Below are positions 26,278-37,563 of a stretch of 64,000 nt of DNA, piece after piece. The translations under genes and the position numbers were made by a program. Below the pieces are notes generated by a model that was given only the letters and a program-made list of their open reading frames with translations, had not been told where the DNA came from and searched no databases. Position 1 is the stretch's first letter, and each line of letters opens with the position of its first letter. This DNA is from Podarcis vaucheri (taxonomy: Eukaryota), in NCBI GenBank assembly GCA_965113315.1, contig OZ220372.1. One strand, written 5' to 3'.

Positions 26278-26339
26278 ATGAAGATGAGGATGAAGAAGAT
26301 GAAGAAGATTTCGAGGATGATGATGAATGGGATGACTGA
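26278..26339 (+). CDS. WASL: N-WASP exon 11 coding part (acidic Arp2/3-binding tail and stop)
   Basis: DEDEDEEDEEDFEDDDEWDD*, with TGA at 26337-26339. Exons 2-11 total 1410 nt in one frame. Confidence 0.98.
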
Positions 26340-26387
26340 TCAGTATATTATATATCATATATATTTTTAAGGTGAAATACTAAACTA

Positions 26388-26518
26388 NNNNNNNNNNNNN
26401 NNNNNNNNNNNNNNNNNNNNNNNNNNNNNNNNNNNNNNNNNNNNNNNNNNNNNNNNNNNNNNNNNNNNNNNNNNNNNNNNNNNNNNNNNNNNNNNNNNNN
26501 NNNNNNNNNNNNNNNNNN
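26388..26518. other. Assembly gap (131 N)
   Basis: Run of n. Confidence 1.
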
Positions 26519-29165
26519 TATACAAAGTTACTCCCGAAATTAATGTGTACAAGTTTACACCAGGTTGCTCAGTGTACATGTGAACACTTTCCATTCCATC
26601 AATAAGGGAGTTTTAATGTAATATGCGAGATTGACAAACACACCTTAAATGTATTTAGTTATAATGCAAGAAGGAAAACACTATTTTCATACCCTACTTT
26701 TTCTGTATCTAAATTTTCTTATTAAAACCTAGTATAGCACTACATTCTTTAAGCAATGCAGCTCCTAGTTTTAGCCCCTTCATCTTGGAAACTCTGCCAC
26801 GTGGGTGAGGCTGATAAAACAATGAACCGTTGCAGCTCATACTGCTGCGATTTAAATTTAGCATTTAAGCTGACATAAAACAATCGTAAAATAATAATAA
26901 CAATAATAAAGCAGTTGTGAAAATTTCCCCTGATTCTGGAGCACTGTGTTTCCTGCTGTCGGGCAGCGTTGACACCTTGAATGCTCAATTTAGGAACATC
27001 CCTGTTGGTTTCAGAGTGTGACATCTCTGATGTAAGCCACCTCTGATTTTTACCAGCTACCTTTCACAATGAAGAGGAGGAGTCTACATTTATGGCAACT
27101 GCTGCGGGCATTTATTTATTTTTATATGCTGTTTTTTACTGAAGGGCTGTGGTTATAAAGTTTGCTCTGTATAATAGCGGATTTAAATTAATTTTAAAAT
27201 GTGTAGGGCATGAGAATACTAATAAATGAATTTAGGTGGTGTCACTCTGCAGTCTTTATGGATTACGGTATAAACCCAACACAGTTTAGGCACCAGATCT
27301 GTGATCTAGAAATTGAAAGCATTTATACAGGGATGGATGGATGGATGCCTTAAATATATACTTCTCCTGACTGTGACAGGCTTTCCTAAAGCGATGGGGA
27401 AAGTTTCTGGGGGAGAGAAGGGATATGAGCATGAATTCTTCACTGATGTTTCCTTTCAACTCCCTTTGGCTGGATAAGCTGAGACTGGGTGGGCTCTGTG
27501 CCTGTCAGCCTATTAATGTTCAGAGATCCACTCCTCGCATGCACCCCTATGGGTTTATTCAAGCATAATGGGTCAATGTTGCCCTGTTTCCTTTGGACGC
27601 TAAATCTCCAGGTAGAGCTCACTGAACTGCTTGCCTTTTGGGAAGGTCTCACTACTGCAAAGTTGGTTTAAACCACTGCTTTTTATACGCACTGAACTTG
27701 CATATTGCAGTTTGATTTGCCTCACGCTTAGAAATGACGCCAAGGGATGTGATGCTCCGTGCTTGGAAATCGCGTTCCGACATACGACAGGGAAAGTTGA
27801 GTTCTCATCTTAATTTTCGTATTTACTAATGGACTTAACGTTTGGATTATCTCCCTGTTTTATAGGCAGGGTTCAGCATTTAAGATAGGCATTGGCAGTG
27901 CTAACCCCTTACTTGCAGCAAGGAAACACTGAAGTAGAAAACACTAGGAATAATCAACTTGCGTTGCTGATGCACAGTGTTTCAAGGGAGGAATATCTGG
28001 CGTACAATTAACACATGCTTCTTTCCCCTCTCCCCATCTTCTCTATTCATGGTATATTGGATGAAATTTGTATTTGCTGAAACCCAGTGTTGGCTTGATC
28101 TTGGCAGGCTGGACCTGCAATATGACCTGGCTTGGATATCTTAGTGCAGTTATAACGTATGTCTAGCATCCGGATTTTTAATACTAGAGGAAAACGGGAT
28201 TTTAAAGGTTATGTTGATGAAGAGGGAGGTGTTGGAAGCAAAGCTACGTTATTCTGATGAGGGTAACTTTTGTTTTAAGCACACGGCTTGGGAAAGGAGA
28301 ATTTTAAAGGTCTCCTCTTCTCCATGCGGCTGTAGCCACAGCACTGCCTGCTTCTGGAAAGACTTTCAGCCACTGTTGCTGCTAGTATGGCTTGAGGACT
28401 GCGGGCAGGTTGGCTGAAGCCTGATTTGAATGCTCTGAAGTAGGATTAAGAATGTGCACATGAGAGGGAGTGTTAATGGCCTTCGGGACAGCGTTTAGTG
28501 CTGTCTCTCCAGCTCTGTAATCATAAAGGGCATTTTTCAAATAGATCTTGCTCAGGTGGCCTCCAAAGATGTTACTTATTAGCATGAACAAAGCACATGC
28601 TTCTAGAGTCGAGAGAACTTGGAAAGATTTAATATTATATGGCTGAGATATTTGTGTAATCCATTAATCACTTGCCCAACAGGCTTTCGTTTCGTTTCGT
28701 TTTCCTATAAAGTGTATCCACATTATTGCACAAAAGTTCAGATGTTTTGCTTTCAATAGCATATTGTACGGTCTTAATTTAAGGCATGACTGCAGTTACA
28801 GTTAGGCTACAAAGTCACAGCTGCATGTTTCTGCATTTTCCCATTTTCCCATGTGGGCTGGAGGCGACTTGTCATGTCATTGAATTACTACTGCTAACTG
28901 TTGTAACAAGGCAGCTTCATGCACCAGTTAAATTAACTGTCCTGGTAGCCTTGGCAATTAGCGAATGAGCCTGAGGCCTATATCTCAGCACTACGCATAG
29001 ACAATATCAACTAGCCGCTTGTACTCTGAAAGCATCTCAATCGTTCAGTTTTCCGTTTCATCAAACTGAAATTCTTGGTATGTGAATTTTCTTTCTCTTT
29101 GGCTTTTTTTTTTTTAATGTACAGTGAATAGGATGTTGCACTGGTGGCAATTCATCATGGAGCAT

Positions 29166-29171
29166 AATAAA
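29166..29171 (+). terminator. WASL distal polyadenylation signal
   Basis: AATAAA followed about 20 nt later by ggtgtggtgtgactttttttt. Confidence 0.7.
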
Positions 29172-29780
29172 ATTAATTTGACTCAAAAACACGGTGTGGT
29201 GTGACTTTTTTTTCTTCTTGTCTGCTAACTCATGCACAGGTTATGCTTCAGCCAGGATAGCAAAATCCAACATTACCATAACTAGCTCAAATTGGAAAGT
29301 GGATTGTGTTCTTAAATAAGTTTCAGGAGGGAATCTAATGCCCTGGCCCATAGGTCAAATATGACAGCTAGCCTGCTGCTCCCATGGAAACAATGGCTGT
29401 TGTAAACCAACAGATTGCATAATGCATTAATATTACAAGGTCAGGCAATGTTGGAAGGGGTCTGTGCATTAAAAGTCTTGTTGTCTTTGCAGTTGCTGTG
29501 TGTATTGCCTGCTCTCTTTTGCATAAAACTTAACATATTTTTTGGTGACCAAATTGCAAAGAATTTCACAAAGCAGACTTTATATCCACAAGCATCAAGT
29601 ATTTTTATTGCCGTCACCGGTTTGTTGCTATATCTTAGAGAAATTCCTGGTTCTTCTTGCTAGTTGCATATCTGCACGTATAAGTACGTTGATCATATTA
29701 ATAAAATCAGAGATTTAGTAGATCTCTTGGCTCTTTTGTTCTCAGTCCACAGTGGTGTTTATGACAGCGCCTTCACAACA

Positions 29781-30028
29781 AAGGTAAGGGACCCCTGGAC
29801 AATTAAGTCCAGCCGAAGGTGACAATGGGGTGCAGCACTCATTTCGCTTTCAGGCCAAGGGAGCCAGCATTTGTCCGCACACAGCTTTCCGGGTCATGTG
29901 GCCAGCATGACTAGACCACTTCTGGTGCAACAGAACACTGATGGAATCCAGAGCGCATGGAAACGCTGTTTACCTTCCCGCCGCAGCGGTACCTATTTAT
30001 CTACTTGCACTGGCATGCTTTCAAACTG
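29781..30028 (-). mobile_element. Sauria SINE, 5'-truncated
   Basis: aaggtaagggacccctgg...ccgggtcatgtggccagcatgact...ggtacctatttatctacttgcac. Confidence 0.85.
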
Positions 30029-31289
30029 CAAAAACATCAAGATTACAATATTTTTGTATACCGGAAACATAAGTAGGCTGCACTTCTTTAAAATGTGAGT
30101 GTCTTAACTTGCTGCTGACACACTGCTTGCAAATAGCTTCTGCAGTTTCCTGACAGTGCAAGCCATGTGAGATATAGCCTGTTCATCCCAAGTTTGAATA
30201 AATTGGGTTAAAACAAAGTTTGAATAGACTGATTTAAAACAAAACCCACGACAACTTTAAAATAATTTGGGAGAAGAAAAGAGCTGTATGTGAAAAATGC
30301 ATCCTGGGTGACAGACGTTCTAGTTTCCCAAATGCCTGATTTCTTTGCAGTGTGCAGATTTCTTTCCTCCAACTTCTATTGAAGCACACTGCCTACTCAA
30401 TTTTCCTGTTAGTTTTCCTGGAAATTGCCGTTATCAAGCTTCTGTTGCAGATCCTAAAAGTCCATGTGCTTTAGCAACTTGTGTCAGTAGTTGAGCTTCA
30501 AGCTTGTCAGGGACATGATGTTCCTGACCAGGCTGGGCTCTCCTAGTTCCACTTCTGTCACTCTAATGTGCATTCTCTTCCCTTATCACATACCCCAATA
30601 AGCTCCGTGTACTTAATGTCTTCGCTGCAAGCCTGAGTGATGTTGCTGTGCCTGTTTATGGCTCTTCGCTGCCAAAAGATCAGCATAAAGTCCTGCAGTT
30701 CTCTGTTTCTGTGGAGCTGGTTCAAAGCTTTTGACACTCCTGAACTTCTCCAAGGCCAAAAATAACACTTTGTTGTGGTCTCCCTATAGTTAGCCTTGGG
30801 GCTTTTGAGGTTTGCAAAGGCAGGGAGCACGTTGTTTATGGGGTGGGTTTAGCACAGCAGCATGTCAGCTGAGTCCTTCTTTCTCTTTATCAGTTACACA
30901 TTTATCTTTTGTTTGAAAGAGGACCTATTGTTGTGCACTGGCACAATTTCTCTGTTCTGGAGTTAAAGAAGCAAACTGCAACACCCCTCATTTCTGGGAG
31001 CAGAACTACACAAATCTGCACAGAACCATTTTCAGTGCATGAAAGGCCACCTAGTTCAGGGACCTGCAGCTAGAGGTCCCCTTTATCTATTCTCTCTCTT
31101 TTGGTAGCTGTTTGTTTATTTATTCTCTCATTGTATTTGGGTAAGCATTGCAAGCAGGTGAAGGATCGGTTGGAGGACCTTGCGTGAGAGGTGGGGAAGG
31201 GGAAAGAAACCTCAGGATGAGAGGCTGTGAAAAGAGGAATGACCCCAGGTGAGAGCTGGGAGAGTTCTTTCTGTATGGCAGAGGTTTTC

Positions 31290-31728
31290 TTTTCTTTTTT
31301 TTAAATGATATTTATTAAAGTTTCAAAGAGAAGATTACATAAATAAAAAGAGGGGGGAAAGAAATAAAAAGGAAAAAAATACAAAATACAGAAAAAAGAT
31401 AAAAAACACTTTAAAAAAACACATCAATCTTTTCATGCCTTACATTTCATTTCCTTACTTCCCTGACCTCCTCACACCTCCCTTTTTTGTATTCCAGTTC
31501 TGTTAGTTAATTCAGCAATTCCTTTCCCTCTTTGTTTTTGTCTTAATCCTTTAACTTAATATATTATAACTTTGAATTTTCACCTGTTAACAATCCATTT
31601 TTACATACACCTTTATAACATTACTGCTAAAACCACTTAACTTCATTCTGACATCATTCTAACATTCATTAATTTTGCAATATTTCTGTAAATAGTCTTT
31701 AAATTTCTTCCAATCTTCTTCCACCGAC
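31290..31728 (-). mobile_element. 5'-truncated L1 LINE (ORF2 C-terminus, 3' UTR and poly A)
   Basis: 19-bp TSD CTGTATGGCAGAGGTTTTC at 31271-31289 and 31729-31747. Minus translation SVEEDWKKFKDYLQKYCKINEC*. T-rich tail. Confidence 0.85.
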
Positions 31729-31736
31729 CTGTATGG

Positions 31737-32309
31737 CAGAGGTTTTCAACCTTTTTGAGTCCATGGCTCCCTTGACCAACTGCATTCTTTCTGCGGCACC
31801 CCTGTGGGGCTCAGGAGCCCAGTTATGTCACCCCTTCCCTGACAGCTGGCAGCCTCTCACCCTTTTTTGAACACCCTTGTGGAGCGTTGCCTCAGCCTCC
31901 TTTCCCTCTCCTTGGGAGTCCTCTGGGCAGCTGCTGCCCCTGGTCTCTGAGCTGCGCCCCCTGCCCCAAAGAGAGGTGCCTCCTCACACTGACCCACGGG
32001 GACCTGGGACTTGTCTGTCCATTCCCAACAGCAAGGGCTGGCGGACTGGCTGGCTTGCTTACTCCGAAGCCACCTCAACTTCTGGCAACCAGCACCCCCT
32101 GACCAGCCCCAGAGGCACCATTCACCTGGGAGCTTGTAGTCCTGGCTGCTGCAACAAACAGCCGTCAAGACTTTGGGAAGCAGAGATATGAGAGGGCACC
32201 AGAGGAGGGAAGGAAGGAAAGAGGGACAGAGGCCAGTGTTGCCCTTGGCAATCCTGACCATCATTCAAGGCACCCCAGGGTGCCACGGAACACTGGATGA
32301 AAACCACTG
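31737..32309. mobile_element. hAT-type non-autonomous element
   Basis: TIRs CAGAGGTTTTCAAC and GGATGAAAACCACTG. Degenerate 8-bp TSD CTGTATGG/CTTTGTGG. Confidence 0.7.
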
Positions 32310-32375
32310 CTTTGTGGGATAAAATAAAAAAATTCCTTCCAGGAGCACCTTAAAGACCAACTAAGTTAGTTCTTG

Positions 32376-32413
32376 GTATGAGCTTTCGTGTACATGCACA
32401 CGTCTTCAGATAC
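32376..32413 (-). ncRNA. Second minimal hammerhead motif in the inverted arm
   Basis: Minus strand reads GTAT-CTGAAGA-C-GTGTGCATGTACAC-GAAAGCTC-ATAC. Confidence 0.7.
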
Positions 32414-32775
32414 ACTGAAACAGAAGTTGCCAGATCCTTCTATATAGTGAGAAGGTGAGGAGGGGTATTACTCAGAAGGGTGGTGGGAATGGGAGATTGG
32501 CAGATAGCTGAGATGAGCCTGTTGACGACTCTTTTAAAACCATGGAGAGACCTGGTCTGAACAAAGACATTGGATTCTTATCTCATTATACATGACTAAG
32601 CCATTTCTCACCCTCTCACCCCTTGCCTTTTCCTGTAAGACCTATTACAGTCGTTAAGAGTCGTCAACAGGCTCATCTCAGCCATCTGCCAATCTCCCAT
32701 TCCCACCACCCTTCTGAGTAATACCCCTCCCCACCTTCTCACTATATAGAAGGGTCTGGCAACTTCTGTTTCAGT

Positions 32776-32813
32776 GTATCTGAAGAAGTGTGCATGCACA
32801 CGAAAGCTCATAC
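32776..32813 (+). ncRNA. Minimal type I hammerhead ribozyme motif (PLE pseudo-LTR)
   Basis: GTAT-CTGAAGA-A-GTGTGCATGCACAC-GAAAGCTC-ATAC: stem I GTAT/ATAC, CUGANGA core, stem II hairpin, GAAA, palindromic AGCT and a UC cleavage site. Confidence 0.75.
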
Positions 32814-33130
32814 CAAGAACTAACTTAGTTGGTCTTTAAGGTGCTATTGGAAGGAATTTTTTTTATTTTGACTATGGCAGACCAACACGGCTACCTATCT
32901 GTTCTGGGATAAAAGTTATAGCAGTAGGAGAGGATGATATAGTTCTCTTTTCTTCCTTTTTAGTTTCTTTTTTATTACTTCTTTTGATTAGTTTCCCCCC
33001 ACTTTGTTGTATCACGAAAATCTCAATACAACTTTATAGCAAAAAACCCCACCCACATTCATCTAGTTCTGCAAGAGTCAATATAACACATTGAATGTTG
33101 GTGCTTAATAGCTATTCAAAACCAAACACA

Positions 33131-33420
33131 CCGCCGAGGGCCTTCTGGTGGTTCCCTCATTGCGAGAAGCAAAGCTACAAGGAACCAGGCAGAGGGCCTT
33201 CTCGGCAGTCGCGCCGGCCCTGTGGAACGCCCTCCCACCAGATGTCAAGGAAATAAACAACTATCTGACTTAGACGACATGTGAAGGCAGCCCTGTTCAG
33301 GGAAGTTTTTAATGTGTGACATTTTAAAGTATTTTAAATCTTTGTTGGAAGCTGCCCAGAGTGGCTGGAGAAACCCAGCCAGATGGGTGGGGTACAAATA
33401 ATAAGTTGTTGTTGTTGTTA
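33131..33420 (+). mobile_element. L2 3' fragment with (TTG)n tail
   Basis: gagggccttctggtggttccctcattgcgaga...cccagagtggctggagaaacccagccagatggg. Confidence 0.85.
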
Positions 33421-34242
33421 TTTATTTTATCCAATATGAAAGGACTGAACCCAGGACTGATCCCTGCCCGCTCCCCCTCACAAACACATATCGTAGTGAC
33501 TGCTTTTTAACACTTCGTTTTTAAACCAGGAGGTCCCACTCAAGGGAATCCATATCGTGTATTCTGACCTTCCATGTCATGTTTCTTGGTCATGGTAATT
33601 GCAATCACCGTTTTATGTTTGGAAAGGCGCAGAAACCCTGCAGGATCCAACCAAGAGCTTTATCTCTTCCAGCATTTCAAAGGTGGCCAGCTAGTTGCTT
33701 GCAGAAAACATATAAAAGCAAGATGTTTATTTTATTTTTTTACTTATGAACAGCATTTGTATACTGCCCAATAACTTTATCTGGGCGGTGAGCAACATAG
33801 TTTAAATGCCTTTTAAAAGAAATTAGAAACAAGCGAAGGTCAAAACATTTGCAATAGAAATGAGAAGCCGCCAAGAAGAAAGCTGCAAAACCATCAGAAG
33901 TGATCGGTATAAAAACAGCAAAGAAAAAACGCCCCTAAAGTTTTTAAGAATTTTAAAACCAAAAGGAACATAATGTGGGTTCTTGGTTCTCACCCATTGT
34001 CTGCCCCCTGGGGGCAGAATTCAGAGCCAGACAAACATCTGTGTTTTCATGGTTACAGATTTCCAAAGAACTCCAGATCTCAAAGGACTTTTTGTGCCAA
34101 AAAGTACCCAATAGATTGATTCGTATGCTGTCGGTGAATTCTTCTTGTTTTCTTGTTGGGCTGTCTATGTGATAAAGGGGGACCATACTGGGGTGAAGGC
34201 ATCTTCTATTTGTCCCTGTGTCAGTTTCAGTTTATTGGTTAG

Positions 34243-34549
34243 TGAAATATACTCGGAGTCAAGAGTGGATTTCATGCTCTTTATTCAGCTCATAATGGTG
34301 AGGAGGAATGGAAATTCCCCCAGAATGTCTGCTTTATATACATTATTTACACAACGGGCCCCACATGATTGGCTAATTCCGGGATTCAACTGTAGACCAA
34401 TTAGGTTGCAGATTCACTTCCATCTGGAGCTGGATTGGGTGGCTCCTGTGGACCAATCAGACTGCTGCATTCTGAATCCTATTGTTCTAGGAGTTCTAGG
34501 ACTGATCAGACTCCTGCATTTTGGATCCTATTCAACTAAGTACATAACA
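34243..34549 (-). mobile_element. Solo LTR (307 bp)
   Basis: TG...CA termini and 5-bp TSD GTTAG at 34238-34242 and 34550-34554. CCAAT boxes, TATATAAA and AATAAA occur in LTR order on the minus strand. Confidence 0.8.
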
Positions 34550-34856
34550 GTTAGCTTTTCTAATAAGGCTGTTTCCCATTGGTCCATACTTACTCCCGAG
34601 AGGTCTCTCCAGTGTCTGGCTATGACTTTTCTGGATGCTGAGAGCAGGTGGGTTATGAGCTCTTTATGATGTGAGTGGGCATTCTGATCTTGGAAGATGC
34701 AAGTGAATAGTAAGTGAACCCACACAAGGGACGCTGACACAAAACCCCACACATACACTAAGAATAGAAGCATTGCCAGCCGACCCAAACCCCACTCACC
34801 ATTCCCCCCCGCACTTTCCCCCTGTTTTCTTCCTAACCTAACACTGTATGTAACAC

Positions 34857-34905
<49 letters not shown>
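34857..34905. repeat. (TAA)n microsatellite, tail of a minus-strand L2-type 3' end extending to about 35035
   Basis: Perfect TAA run followed by the reverse complement of the 3' UTR seen at 51255-51305. Confidence 0.85.
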
Positions 34906-35105
34906 TTTTTATTTATATCCTGCCCTCCCCAGCTGAAGCCGGGCTCAGAGCGGTTAACAACAGTAAAATAATACAGCGTTTTAAAAACAATTCATTATAA
35001 AATCAGTTCAAATCAAATTGATGGCAACCATTGGGCAGCCATGTCTCACAACAGATGAAACTGATCTGTAGAAAATGCAACTTGAAAAAAGAGACAATGC
35101 AAGTA

Positions 35106-35329
35106 CAGTGGTACCTCGGGTTAAGAACTTAATTCGTTCTGGAGGTCTGTTCTTAACCTGAAACTGTTCTTAACCTGAAGCACCACTTTAGTTAATGGGG
35201 CCTCCCGCTGCCGCTGTGCCGCCGGAGCCCGATTTCTGTTCTTATCCTGAAGCAAAGTTTATCCCGAGGTACTCTTTCTGGGTTAGCGAAGTCTGTAACC
35301 TGAAGCGTATGTAACCCAACGTACCACTG
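35106..35329. mobile_element. Tc1/pogo (Tigger-like) MITE
   Basis: TA|CAGTGGTACCTCGGGTT...GTACCACTG|TA. Confidence 0.85.
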
Positions 35330-36120
35330 TATTTTTGCAAACTAATATATATATATATATATCCCCAATAGTCAGCACTTTGGTGGTTCTTGAGATGACA
35401 TGAGGAGGGGATGAAATAAGATTCCCTCTGCCTCCCCCCACAATGTAATTTCTATTACATTATTGAACAAATTGAAAATTTTGCCGGCGTGCTCTTGAAA
35501 TACAGCCAGCTTGTCTTAGCAGCTGCTATTTGATCGATGCAGCGCCACTCGTTGTCATACTTGCAGCATAGTCTAAGAACTGGATCCAGAATTTAGTAAT
35601 CTTTCTGCATAATTCTCTGTGAGCAGCTGTGCTGTCATTTTAAGAGACTAGGAGTTCTTCCAAGAGACACAAGGGCAAACAGCTCTTCAAATGCGACCTT
35701 CTGCTTTTATTATTTCTACAGAGGTTGGGGAGTTCTAATTTTGTAGTATCGATTTCATGCTGCTGGAAGAGGAAGAGGAAAACAAACTTTGTTCACCATT
35801 GTGATCTCTGTCAACTTCGATCCTTATTCTTGCGTCTAACGTCTGAATGGAAAAGTGGAAAGGGTAGGGGACTTGGGCATTTTCACTCACCTCTGAGGCT
35901 TAACATGTTCAACAGTGAACAGTCTCCAGGTCAGGGGTTCCAAGCCCCTTTGCCCCGTCCTATATTTTTGATGTAGAGACCGTGCCCCCCCAATGTCCGC
36001 AAAATGCAGAGGTGAAGTGTGGGGCCCACCGTGGCACAACTCCAGTGGCCGGCTCCTTCTCTTCCACCTTCTGCCATGGAGGGGAAGGAGGTTCGAAACA
36101 GCCTCCCACTGGTGGCGGCA

Positions 36121-36460
36121 CCTGATAGAGCATCTCCACCCCCATCATTCAGCCCAGACACATGTTCAGCTCCGAGGGCCTTCTGGCGGTTCCCTCACCG
36201 CAAGATGTTACAGGGAACCAGGCAGAGGGCCTTTTTGGTAGTGGTGCCTGCCTTGTGGAATGCCCTCCCATCAGATGTCAAGGAAATAAACAACTATCTG
36301 GCTTTTAGAAGACATATCTGAAGGCAGCCCTGTTTCGGTAAGTTTTTAATGTTTGGTGTTTTACTGTGTTTCTCATATTCTGTTGGGAGCTGCCCAGAGT
36401 GGCTGGGGAAACCCAGCCAGATGGGTGGGGTATAAATTGTTTATTTATGTATTTATTTAT
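36121..36460 (+). mobile_element. L2 3' fragment
   Basis: ...QGTRQRAFLVVVPALWNALPSDVKEINNYLAFRRH followed by the 3' UTR. Confidence 0.85.
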
Positions 36461-36857
36461 GAGGAGGAGGAGGAGCTGCCAGGCATTGGAGCCACGTGGC
36501 TGCCATGTTCGGTTCTGCCCCAATACCTCCCAAAGTCCTGACATCATGCACACAATGTGGGTTCTCTCAATTGCCCTCGCCACTGGTGCCTCACTGTGGT
36601 TGTCTGAAAGGGTTTCCCACATGGTGGGGTTAATATTGCCATCCTTCAGGTCACATTTGCAGATGCAGAGTTGGTCTGCCAATGAGCCCGCTGCCTGATA
36701 CCAGCTTCCTGTAGAACACAGCCTTAGGGATCCAGACATCTTCTATTCTGTGGGCATGACTAATCCTGGCCTTCTCCATTTAAAAGTGTAGCATAAAAGA
36801 AAGGTAGGAAGTAGCTTTGAGTCTTCTAGTTGATCTTTGAGTGCATTGCAGGTAAAT

Positions 36858-36994
36858 CAGGCATAGGCAAACTCCGGCCCTCCAGATGTTTGGAACTACA
36901 ATTCTCATCATCCCCAGCTAACAGGACCAATGGTCAGGGATGATGGGGATTGTAGTCTCAAAACATCTGGAGGGCTGGAGTTTGCCTATGCCTG
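36858..36994. mobile_element. Palindromic hAT MITE
   Basis: CAGGCATAGGCAAACT...AGTTTGCCTATGCCTG with near-TSD aggtaaat/cagtaaat. Confidence 0.85.
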
Positions 36995-37222
36995 CAGTAA
37001 ATAATCAAAATCTCTATTATTTAACTGCAGCAAAGACGAAAAAGCTTTCTCCTCATTTAAATTAGGTAGCCGAAAAAGAATACGGGGTGGGGGGCAGTTC
37101 TGTATTTTGTTTGAAAGGATTTATGAACTTGATTCTGCTACTGCTCACAAATTCTTGAGCTCAAAAGCATCCAGTTCCTTAATCCTTAGCATACGTCCAT
37201 CCAGCCAAGCCAATGTTTGCTT

Positions 37223-37563
37223 GGTGGCACTGTGGGTTAAACCATAGAGCCTAGGACTTGCCAATCAGAAGGTCGGTGGTTCGAATCCCCGCCATGGGGT
37301 GAGCTCCCGTTGCTCGGTCCCTGCTCCTGCCCACCTAGCAGTTTGAAAGCACGTCAAAGTGCAAGTAGATAAATAGGTACCGCTCTGGCGAGAAGGTAAA
37401 CGCCATTTCTGTGCGCTGCTCTGGTTCGCCAGAAGCGACTTAGTCATGCTGGCCACATGACCCGGAAGCTGTACGCTGGCTCCCTTGGCCAATAAAGCGA
37501 AATGAGTGCTGCAACCCCAGAGTCGGTTACGACTGGACCTAATGGTCAGGGGTCCCTTTACCT
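37223..37563 (+). mobile_element. Sauria SINE
   Basis: GGTGGCACTGTGGGTTAAACC...GGTTCGAATCC...GGGGTCCCTTTACC. Confidence 0.9.

Larger units (their letters stand above)
26340..29190 (+). other. WASL: WASL 3' UTR (about 2.85 kb)
   Basis: AT-rich stretch after the stop with no recognisable TEs, ending at AATAAA plus a GU/U-rich downstream element. Confidence 0.7.
32321..32904 (+). mobile_element. Penelope-like retroelement remnant with inverted pseudo-LTRs
   Basis: About 213-bp inverted arms at 32321-32533 and 32656-32869. GIY-YIG C-terminal peptide FKTMERPGLNKDIGFLSHYT* at 32533-32595. TGGGATAAAA flanks both sides (32315-32324 and 32905-32914). Confidence 0.85.
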
